Part shown: one piece after another, positions 10,258 through 20,619 of the stretch | Numbering within the stretch: the stretch's first letter is position 1 | Layout: each line of letters starts with the position of its first letter | The notes under the pieces: model-generated | Told to the model about the DNA's origin: nothing | Database searches by the model: none | The model's input: the letters and a program-made list of their open reading frames with translations, nothing else | Made by a program: the position numbers and the translations under genes | Source of the DNA: Octopus sinensis | Lineage: Eukaryota | DNA: 64,000 bases | Direction of reading: 5' to 3' | Assembly (NCBI RefSeq): GCF_006345805.1 | Contig: NC_043013.1 | Location: 55,118,001-55,182,000, forward strand

Positions 10258-10685
10258 TAATCCAAACAAGAAAACACAAAAAAAAAACAACGCGAAGACG
10301 TGGAACAAATAAAGTATTATTGGACGCTCAGGAAAGAAGGAGGGTTTAACGTTTCGAGCAGAGCTCTTCGTCGGAAACATAGGAGAAGGAAAGATCCCGA
10401 GAAGGGAAGACAGAGGAAAAAAATTGCCAGCGGTACTCACGAGGTCACATATTGAAAAAAAAAGCTGCATATGGTGAACTCGAATTCGTCACAATGGCAC
10501 GTGAGGGGCATGAAGCAGAGTCCCTTACTGAGGAGAGAGCGCTCGGCAGCAGAGACGGGGAGATTGAGGGGTATAGTGACAACAGTGCAAGGAAGCGGTG
10601 TGGTGGGATGAGTTGGGTCAGTAGAGGTGTGGGGAGGAGAGTTGGGGTGGTTGGGTGAAGATGGGGTAGGCGTAGGAAGGTCAGG
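10253..10685 (-). mobile_element. Young PLE-like terminal repeat and 3' region inserted next to (CT)n(TA)n
   Basis: GC- and CpG-rich segment starting exactly at the TA tract. Contains aacgtttcgagcagagctcttcgtcggaaac (hammerhead-like on the minus strand), then a purine/G-rich stretch. Confidence 0.55.
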
Positions 10686-11052
10686 GTTCAGTCATTTGAC
10701 TGTGGCCATGCTGGAGCACAGCCTTTTAGTTGAAGAAATTGACCCCTGGAGTTATTCCTTGTAAGCCTATTACTTATTCTATCAGTCTCTTTTCCTGAAC
10801 TACTAAGTCACGAAGACATAAACACACTGATATCGGTTGACATGTGATGGTGAGGGGACAAACACAGACACACAAGCATACACACACACACACACATATA
10901 TATGATGGGCTTCTTTCAGTTTCTGTCTACCAAATCCACTCACAAGGCTTTGGTCGGCCTGAAGTATAGTAGAAAACACTTGCCCAAGGTGTCATCCAGT
11001 GGGACTGAACCTGGAACCATGTGGCTGGGAGGCAAGCTTCTTACCACACTGC
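10686..11052 (-). mobile_element. tRNA-derived SINE family A, near full length
   Basis: ttcagtcatttgactgtggccatgctggagc...(CA)n...gggcttctttcagtttc...cttgcccaaggtg...gggactgaacc...cttaccacac. Same layout at 18630-19002 and 25680-26052. Confidence 0.85.
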
Positions 11053-11982
11053 CATATAAAAGCAACAATAGAATGTATTGTGTTTATAAGATTTTAAACA
11101 ATAACAAATGAGACAAAGCCTCTATGAGCAGCTGAATGTATTAGAGATTCAAATAATTCATAAATGAAATGCATAAATGAATTAGGAAAGAAAAAAAAAA
11201 CATCTAAAGTGATGTATATTGTTGTGCCATGAGATGAAGTAATTACGGTTATTGCATGCTTCTTGCAAACTCAGACCATTATTAGCCGACCAATTTTGGT
11301 GACTATCCTTATTTAATATAAAGAAACTGATGTAAAAAAAAACAACAAAAAAAACATATAGAACTTCTTGAAATATTCAGCCTCATTGAATAAGTGCATT
11401 TGCACATAAATCAACTAAAAATATAAATAGAAATTAATAAAATTAATATAAGAGACAACTGCATTAAAGTAATTGACCATATTATATTAAATATATCTTT
11501 TCAACTTTATTTTATTGCTACAATTATTTTGTCTGCTGCAATAATATAATTACTGATAATGTTGTTGTTTTTTGAATTTATACCTTTTAATTTACTAATA
11601 TTAAAAAAGAAAAATTTCCATATAATTACCATGTTCTATACTAATTTTCATTACAATCACTAAAATTGAAATATTTGTTATTTCATAACAGAAATTCCAT
11701 CTTTATTACGATAGCATGGGTTGTATAGGTCCATAAATTCACATGTTCAAATTCATTAATTTGAGTCTCTAAAAGTGAGTATTAGGTAGGAGTATTTCAT
11801 AGCCATAACAAGCAACAATGACCACAATAACAAAACTGACATAAAAAAAAGACACAGAACCAATTAGGTACCAAATAGAAAGAATATAATTATTGCAATG
11901 AGACATATTTCATGTGTTTCAAAGATGGTAATAAAGGAATAAATATGATGTTGATATCATTTGTTTGTATAGAATTATATTG

Positions 11983-12058
11983 GTGCCCTTGCATAGCCAC
12001 AGCCCATTGGCCAGAACCAGTGCCCTTGCATAGCCACAGCCCATTGGCCAGAACCAGT
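11983..12058. repeat. Exact 37-bp tandem duplication in a SINE-tail-like fragment
   Basis: gtgcccttgcatagccacagcccattggccagaacca occurs twice. Confidence 0.9.
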
Positions 12059-12299
12059 AAAAGGGTTTAAAGTGAAAATATCTGCTCTGTTGCTATTGCT
12101 GCATTTCAAGTTATTCATATTTGTTCTGTTAAATATTTGGTTTGTCAAACATTAATAAATGTATTGAAATTAAGCTGGCTTTAGTTTTATAATGCATTTT
12201 ATGATGTGAACTGATACAGAGGTTCTGTGGAAGACTTCTGAGAGTTATAGTCTCATTACTTCAGATGAATTAAATAACACGGCAATAATGCAAGTGTGT

Positions 12300-12900
12300 G
12301 GATAAGTTGCTAGAGTGCCGGTTTCAAGTTACACACATTATGGACTCATTTTAAACATTATCTAATGTTTTAAAGCATCCTAAGCCATGATCTTTATTTG
12401 ATTTTGTAGGTATCAATCCTCTTTCTCTATGATGACACTGACATCAAAGGATTACTTGAACATAAAAATGAACATTGCTCAGTAAAAATATTCACTTGCC
12501 TATAACCTGTTCTGCATGAGTGGAAAAATAATGTAATCTTGTAAAGAACATAAATATAGGAGTATTAATGAAGAAAATCGTAATGATATCAATGGCAGCG
12601 CTGATTCAACTGGGATATCTTTTACTGGTTCAAATCCATATCTAGTTGGCTTTGTTGTATCAAGTGATTAATCAGAAAATTCTAATGCACAGATGTCAAC
12701 ATTTTCAAATGAGATAGCAATGCCAGTTGAACATGGAACAAAGTAAAACAAGATATTCTATCATGGTGATAATCTGGTGGCTAGAACATGTCGATACTAA
12801 AATACACAGTGATTCTAAAAGATTGTTTCAAAGATGAGAAATACGAAATGTTATCTTGCACAGGAAACCAAGATGATATACAATAATCAATAGAATTAAC
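12300..12900 (+). mobile_element. Possible degenerate Gypsy integrase relic
   Basis: SFTGSNPYLVGFVVSSD*SE resembles DFAGP...YLV.VD..SKWPE. FYHGDNLVART...KCY...YNNQ resembles the integrase C-terminal GD.V.AR...Y...H.NQL. Confidence 0.35.
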
Positions 12901-13251
12901 AACTTAGATAAAAAAAATTTTTGTATGTCAGCTAAAAATGAATTGTTTGATATGTTTCATTGGTTTCATTAGAGAATTTAGATTAAATGATTGCCGATTT
13001 AAATATCACACTAATAAAATTAGGACACTATTCAATTTGGGAACAAAAACACAATTTCATATCATTTATTTCAGTTTGGTTTCTTTCTTTGATCTTGTTT
13101 GAATGCAAGACTTTTAATATTTATCCACAGATGAAAATATTCACAAACTAAGTTTGCAATCAATCAAATTTATTCATTATTTTTAATCCATATTATTATT
13201 ATCATTATTATTATTATTATTATTATCTTCATTATTATAATTATTATTATT

Positions 13252-13440
13252 AAGGTGGCAAGTTGGTAGAATCATTAACATGCTGGGTTAAATGCTTAGC
13301 AGCTTTTCATCTGTCCTCGTGTTCTGAGTTCAAATTCTGCTGAGGTCGACTTTGCCTTTCACCCTTCCTGAGTCAATAAAACAAAATATCAGAATCAGGT
13401 ACAGAGATTAATTTAATCAACTAACTGACGCAGCCATCAA
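13252..13440 (+). mobile_element. SINE family B (Meta/MESC-like core)
   Basis: aaggtggcaagttggtagaatc...ctgagttcaaattctgctgaggtcgactttgcctttcac following (ATT)n. Confidence 0.8.
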
Positions 13441-13954
13441 ATTAGAAAAAGTTATTACTAATGCCTCATCTTTAAGGGTACACTTACTCTTTTCTAGCAG
13501 AACCAGTCTACAATTCCAGAGTCGAGCATGTTTCATTATAAGCCTTTTCTCTCCTCATTTTATAGAGAGTATATTTGTACAGAATAAAGACACTTCCTCA
13601 AGACACTACTTTCTGGACTTCAAAGATAGAAAAATTTCCCAACCAATTCATCACTTCTCTTTTCTGTGTGATGCTTCATAATCACTGGAACTACTCTTGT
13701 ACCTATATTTCCCATAAAGCATGATGGGCCACAATCATAGGCGTCTAGCACAAGTTGACAGGCCATGATCATGGCCCAGATAGATGCATTTAATTTACGG
13801 ATGTTTGTTGGGGTCTAAAGTCACTCAAACGCTCCAATACCCCCCAAAATGCAAGAGAGCTAATAGTTCAACTAATGACTTTTCTGATGGTGTAAAACTT
13901 GCCCCCATTATATACTAAGAAGATATTTTAACTATTTTTTTGTTTTTTAACTGT

Positions 13955-15300
13955 GCATGGTAGTCTCATTTTCATAAAATATGCTCAGCAGTCCCTGCTA
14001 TGTAAATGCAAATCCCAGTGCTTTATGGATTAAATCAATTTCCATGTTTTTATATTTCAGAAATTTTTCAACCTCCTTTTTGTCATATCACTTACTGAGT
14101 AACACTTGCTTCTCTTTTATACTGATATTGGTCAATTCTTTGTAGCTTCACATCCAAAATATTGCACCATTTCCCTCTTCTTTCACTACCTTTGCAATTA
14201 ATACAGTTTTTCTGTTGGAGGCTTTCACCTTGTTGAATATCTTCCAATATATTTTGATACAGTTAGTGTGGTTTATCCAACAACTATGTGGTCGATAGTC
14301 ACAATAAATCTTCCATACATACAGCATTTTGGCTTGGTTGCTTCAGAATATATTTCTGGTTGGGGAGACATTGATAATGAGCTCCTGTTAATAAGTTTTA
14401 TAGTCTCTCCTTTCATCTGCGATCCTTAGAGACAGTTGTACCTCTTACATTTGTCATACTTTTCTGGCTTATGCAGTCATTCTGATAACTTTTCACGAAA
14501 GTGTGTTTGTTCCATGCTAGTCTCCATTCTCTCTTTTATTTCTTTCTTTAATTCTGAAACTTCTTTTGTTTTATCCGTTCTCTCTGTAGAATGTGCTTCT
14601 TTAGGCTTTTCTTCATGGATTTCTTTCTTTTAAAGAAGCTATGAGTTGAGTGCCTGTTGCTTCTTTTTATATGTATTACCAACTTTGGTTTCTGCTATGA
14701 TCAGTAGCTTCTTGTGTGTTGTTTTTGTTGTTTTTAGGTATGGGTCTGCTTTGAATTGTACCATCTCAAGTTGCACAGAACCATTTTCTTCAGCAAACTC
14801 AGAAATGAATGAATATGTTTGTGTGTGTGTGTGTGTGTGTGCTGATGTCAGTTTTAGGTAATGCACTCTAAATTTTGTCAAAAGTTTTCTCAATTTTGTG
14901 TCAAGATTTCCTTTTATTTTCTCGTAGAATTCCCCTTTACCATATTGAAGAAGTAACTGGCTGTCAGAACTGCTACAATGTGAACAATTTCTATCTTACA
15001 CTTCATCACGAGTACACTTTACAATCATCCGAGTTACTTTCGGATAATTTCTTTCATTCTAGTTGAACCACTTCACTTCAGTGATCTCCAGATATTTATT
15101 TGGTCAATTTCTACTCAGTTCTTTTAATGAGTGGCTCATTTTAATGTTAAGATTAGTTGATTTATTCAACCAACCCCTTTCAGAAATGGCTCCGCTGCAT
15201 TTCTCAAGTCTATACTCCCTACTGATGTCAGCTCTGAAGTTTTACAGTCTGCAGAAGACAATCAAACTGTGACTCAAACTTGGCATCTCAAAAGAGCAAG
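13955..15300 (-). mobile_element. Degenerate Dong/R4-like RLE non-LTR retrotransposon (RT C-terminus, zinc knuckle, restriction-like endonuclease)
   Basis: Minus-strand peptides in the expected order: QTVK.F.ADI...LEKC, KYLEI, RKLLTKFRVH (cf. TRKLLT..RMHHPK), MKGET, AHYQCLP, PKCCMYGRFIVTIDHIVVG (CCHC knuckle), KVVKEEGNGAIFW, EVEKFLKYKNMEI, GT.HIL. Interrupted by (GT)n at ~14820. Confidence 0.8.
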
Positions 15301-16639
15301 ATCCTGATTGTAATCTCCATGACTATATTCTTCGTTCAATTTAAAGCTGCACTTAAGAGAGAAGTAAAAATATTTAATATTTTTACTTGACTTGTGTCAG
15401 GTTGTTGGAGACCAGATTTGTCCCCTTCGTTTTCCACTTTGAAATGACCCTTTAAATTCTCACTCTGTTGTCTTAAGAAAAAAAAGGAACATATTGCAGA
15501 AGGAGCCGTAATATTTATGGTTTGAACATATTTGACCAGCGCTTACTAGGATCTAAACCACAACAAAGACTCTATTGTCAGTTTTGCTTTAATTTAATTG
15601 ACTTAAACATGGTAATAACACCTGCTGCCAGAAGGCGACAATTTACCATCAAATCTAGAAGCCAACTTCATTATCTTCATTCCAATATATCTACAGCATT
15701 AGTTCAATGGAACAAAAATGAGAAAAGAAAAAAAATGAGAGATAAGACCAAACATTACTATTTGGCCAGCTCCAAGATAATGTGATAGAAGCACAGGATG
15801 TTGATTGCTCACTTTAATATTCCTTCAGCTGTTCCTGAAGAAGAGTCTTCTCTTACTCTAAGGTTTGTTGTTGTTGTTGATTAGGCAAAAGGTCAGCTCT
15901 GATTGAGTAAGACCTATGATCTAAGTCATTCCAGCTGTGGCCATCCTGTATTTTTCCTCAACTACTGAAGAAGCAGTAGGTTTGTTTAATATAATGAAAA
16001 TCAGAAATCAAAGCTCTCTTATTTAATGAACTCCATAATAGCTGCTTTGTGGAAGCATAAACAGTTTCTTTTCTTCCATCCCATCTTTCTTTCCTATTTG
16101 CTTGACCATGTGAGATTAGCATTGACCTTAATGTAATGGATTGACAGAAACTTGAGATTATAGCAGATAAATTCCATATCACTGACCAAATAGCTGTTAG
16201 CAGAAAAGCTGTTTAAATGTTTCCATAGAAAATGAAATGAGATATACGAAGACAGTTTGTAATTATCACTTACAACAAAGCACTGTACGAGGCCAGAAAT
16301 AAAGATTTTATCACCAATAATATTTTGGGAAAAGAGCATTCTGATAGCAACCATTACAAAAGATGATAAAGGGACAACACCAACCACATACAGATGGCTG
16401 TCAACATCAATAACGTGTGTCATCACTACTTTCTCATCAATACAGCTATATTTTTATGGGAGATTTTAGTCTTCTTTACTAATCTGATGGACTAATTAAC
16501 CTGAATTATATGGAAGAATAATATTTTTATAGATAGACAGATGCAAACTAAAATATGCATTTTAGCCAGTTGTCCTGCCATCTACTCAAACTTTTGGCAA
16601 TTACCAACATCCTTATCTTTCATTGTCCACATTTCCATG

Positions 16640-17000
16640 TTTGCAAGGTTCACATGGAATTCCTCAATACAGATGATTTTCTACAGTCTGATGTTTTTTC
16701 TGTCACCAACCCTTACATGTTTCCAAGCAAAATATTATTTCCCATGGTGGGACAGGTTCTTGTTGATGAATTGAAATGAAAAGCACAGTTTATATTGCAC
16801 AATATCAAAACAGACAAGACAGAAACACATACATACACAAAGCAAGTTTCTTTCAGTTTCCCTCCATCATTTCTACTCACACAGGTGTTGTCGGCCTGGG
16901 GTTATAGTTAAAGACTCTTGCCTAAGGTTCCATGCAGTGAGATTGAATGCAAAACCACAGCGTTGAGAAGTGAACTTCCTAACTACACAACCATGCCTGC
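16640..17000 (-). mobile_element. SINE family A variant (RTE-like tail), degenerate
   Basis: ccaacccttacatgtttccaagc...tttctttcagtttc...cttgcctaaggttccatgcagtgagattgaa...acacaaccatgcctgcacc. Confidence 0.65.
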
Positions 17001-18250
17001 ACCGATGGAATTGTAAATTTAGAAATGTCCTGTTGCAATTCAAAAAGAGAGGACAACCAAACGTTGGCATCAACAGTCAGAATATCAAACACCATTATGA
17101 CAACTAGTGTACCTAAGGTCTACGCATTGTTTAAAGTACATTTAACTTGGAACATTTAATTGTCGTTGGTCTTCAGAAATGATCATAGGCAAGGTGCCAA
17201 GTTCAGTCAGTCCCATCGTGCAATATCCTGGGGAAGTGCTTGCTGTTAGATTCCCAGGCTGACCACTGCCATGTAAGTGAATAGAGAAACTGTATGGAAG
17301 TCCATTATGAGTGATCCAGCCACTGGTATTGGCTTGCTTGTGTTCCTATAACTTACTGGCTCAGCAAAATAGACTGATAGATTCAATGCTAGATGTCAAT
17401 ATAAGAACTGGTGTTTGTTTGACTAAACCATTGAAGGCAATGCCGCTGCATGGCTGCAGTCCAATGATTGAAACAAGTAAAAGTTAAAAGAACAATTGTT
17501 ACTGCCTGCAACATCGAATCATTAAAGACCTCTAAAAGTATCAAGAAGAAACCATTCAACAGCCTCTGGAAACTGTCAATTCTTTTCATGATATTAAAGA
17601 ATTTCAAATATTAAAGAAGTAGATCTGATTCTTTTGGCCAGTATAATCCTAGAGTTATCCATGACACTGAAAGTTAGAAAATTCTGTTGCTATTTTTAGC
17701 CCATTTCTTAAGCAGTAGCAAGAATAGTTACTGATTCTAAAGCAGTTAGAGTCATAAATTTTGACATTCTTCCACAAACATACACACCTATATACATTTT
17801 GAGGAAACCGTAATTTGTCATGATAAATGATAGCTGAAAAACTTTACCATTCTTTAGCATGTTGGGACTGCAACAATAAGGCAGTACCAAAATTCAAAGA
17901 ATTTCTTTAATTTATCATTTCTTCAAACCCCATAAAATATATATAACTAGAATACTCACATAAATATAAGACCCTTTTGAAATAGTAGATAGGAAAATAA
18001 AATAAGACATGATTTATAAATATAATAGTAGGATACATTTGGGATTCATAAAGTGATTCTAATTCCTGGAAGTGAAGTTTTGTGAAAAATAGTTTTAATA
18101 TTCAGAATCATGTCACGGGTATATCACATGACTTCTGTAGCAAAATACAATATGCTACAAATGTAATTGGGAAAATCCAAAATCCGTATTATGCATATTA
18201 CACATATACATATGTACACGCTTACTTACATATATACATATTTATTTATA

Positions 18251-18284
<34 letters not shown>

Positions 18285-18629
18285 TGTATATATATATGTA
18301 TGTATACACATGTGTAAACACATATAATTACATGTATACAAATATATATACTTATATTTACATATATACACAAATATACACACACACAGCAATTTCATTG
18401 GTCTCTGACCCTAGAGCCCACTGTTTTAAGCTTACCAATGTGTACAAGCTATGGAACATGACTATGAATTGGTGGTTGAACTTTTGGCAGATAACATTTC
18501 CAAAATCCATAATGTTCATAGAATTAATGTAATTACTAACAAAGAGGACAAATTGTTTCACCAACATCAAAACTCAAGAGTATTTCTATGTGTGTGTGTA
18601 TATATATATATATATATACTCTTTTTTTT

Positions 18630-19002
18630 TTACTCTTTTACTTGTTTCAGTCATTTGACTGAGGCCATGCTGGAGCACCACCTTTAGTTGAGCAAATTGA
18701 CCCCAGGACTTATTCTTTGTAAGCCTAGTACTTACTCTATCGGCCCCTTTTGCTGAACTGCTAAGTTATTGGGATGTAAACACACCAGGAACAAACACAG
18801 ACACACAAACACACATACATATATACATATATATGATGGGCTTCTTTCAGTTTCCGTCTCCCAAATCCACTCACAAGGCTTTGGTCGACCCAAGGCTATA
18901 GTAGTAGAAGACACCTGCCCAAGGTGCCACGCAGTGGGACTGAACCCGGTTAACCATGTGGTTGGTAAACAAGCTACTTACCACACAGCCACTCCTACGG
19001 CT
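18630..19002 (-). mobile_element. tRNA-derived SINE family A, near full length
   Basis: Collinear with 10686-11052; ends ccacacagccactcctacgg (reverse complement of the A box). Confidence 0.85.
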
Positions 19003-19338
19003 ATATATATATGCATGCGCTCATGTATATATATATATATATTATATATATATATGAACATATATGCATACACACATATTTTATATATTCATGTATATAC
19101 AGGCATACACATAAATATTTGCATACACACAGATATGGAGTGTATAAATGTGTATATGTTTGTGTGTGTATATATTCATATTTGTATATATGTGTATGTA
19201 TATATTTATTCATATATGTATATAAGTGTGTCATCCTCCTCATCATCATCATCATTTAATGTCCGCTTTCCATGCTGGCATGGGTTGGACGATTTGACTG
19301 AGGTCAGGTGAACAAGATGGCTGCACCAGGATCAGATT

Positions 19339-19950
19339 GGAAATAACAAACTATTTATAGTTCTCAGACCTACCCTTAAGGGTCTTGCATTTGGCTGGAG
19401 CTTGAAAGTTACTTACTATTTTAAATATTTCACAGAAACATAATGGTAATTTTTTATAAACAGAATTGCAATTCTTCTGTATAAAAATCTTCCTTTTATC
19501 CAAAAATGGTAAATATTGATGATATATCCCTTAAAAGCCAATGTCATACAGTATTCGGTTACAGATGTAAAAGCTGTGTGGGTAGCTGATGGAGGTCACA
19601 TGGTCACAAAGTAGTTGACCATTGATAAAAAGGTTCTGAGTACACTTAGTTTGGTCATCATTTTGGACTGTTTTGGGGTTTATATGTATGATTCATAAGT
19701 AAAGGATGGTGTGTGTGTGTGTGTATGTATGTGTGTGTGTGTGTATGTATGTGTGTGTGTGTTTCTTCTGGAAAATGTGGATAGCTGGTTTGTGTGTATG
19801 TGTGCATGTATGTGGGTGTTCCATTTGTGTTCTGTTTACGTGTGTGAGTGTGTACACGAAATATTGAAAATAGTAAGTAACTGCCAAACTCCAGCCAGAT
19901 GCAAGACCCTTAAAGCCAGATCTGAGAACAATAAATAGTCTGTTATATCC
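19339..19950. mobile_element. MITE-like element with ~90-bp terminal inverted repeats
   Basis: 19339-19431 (ggaaataacaaactatttatagttctcaga...gggtcttgcatttggctggag...ttacttactattttaaatatttc) matches the reverse complement of 19858-19950. The interior is non-coding with a (TG)n tract. Confidence 0.8.
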
Positions 19951-20059
19951 CTACTCATCCTTTTTGCAGTTTAAGATACTGCAAACAATTATGGTTTCTG
20001 ATCACTGTAAGACTAAAAACTTTAGCACTCACTCATTGACAAACCAGACCCGTTTTATC

Positions 20060-20300
20060 TTCTTGTCAAAGACTCTGTTACTTGATCAAGATATATTCCT
20101 GTAAACTAGTTTCTATCTTCTTAACATTATAGAAAATTTTATTACCTAATCTGAATGCTTTTATGTAAACTATTTTTTGACTTATAACAGAGGATACACA
20201 AAGCTTCAAACCTTTTCGTATCATTGTCAAAGACTCTTTCACTTGATTTGAATACATTTGTGTAAACTAATTTTTGACACCACAGAGGATACACAAAACC
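20060..20300. repeat. Diverged local tandem duplication
   Basis: ttgtcaaagactct...acttgat...gtaaacta and acagaggatacacaaa each recur. Confidence 0.7.
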
Positions 20301-20507
20301 TCACACTTTACTTTTGAAAATCTTTTTAAGTAAGTGAAACCGGTTAAGTTAATAAATACTTTTAAAAGACTCCTGCATTTTCAGATTCTTTTCCTTATAT
20401 TTTTACTCATGTGGTAACCCCTAACCTTACTTTGTTTTTATATATATACATATATACACACACGCACACACACACACAAACACACACACATATAGACTCT
20501 AACTTAC

Positions 20508-20522
20508 AGGCAACTTGAAAGA
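20508..20522 (-). other. Candidate 15-nt microexon TCTTTCAAGTTGCCT
   Basis: Minus strand: tggttgctttttgttaactttgcAG|TCTTTCAAGTTGCCT|GTaagt, 85 nt downstream of the 12-nt candidate. Splice-signal evidence only. Confidence 0.4.
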
Positions 20523-20607
20523 CTGCAAAGTTAACAAAAAGCAACCAGATGATGAATGAAAATTTGACATTTGAGAAGTAGTAACGCTTGTCTGGAAAGA
20601 ATCTCAC

Positions 20608-20619
20608 CTGCTCCAATCC
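20608..20619 (-). other. Candidate 12-nt microexon GGATTGGAGCAG
   Basis: Minus strand: gattatttttacattAG|GGATTGGAGCAG|GTgaga. Splice-signal evidence only. Confidence 0.35.

Noticed and set aside
16094-16426. 110-aa ORF (also 36633-36926, 55316-55648, 60575-60886, 62668-62886)
   Set aside because: No recognisable domains and no coherent splice boundaries; consistent with chance ORFs.
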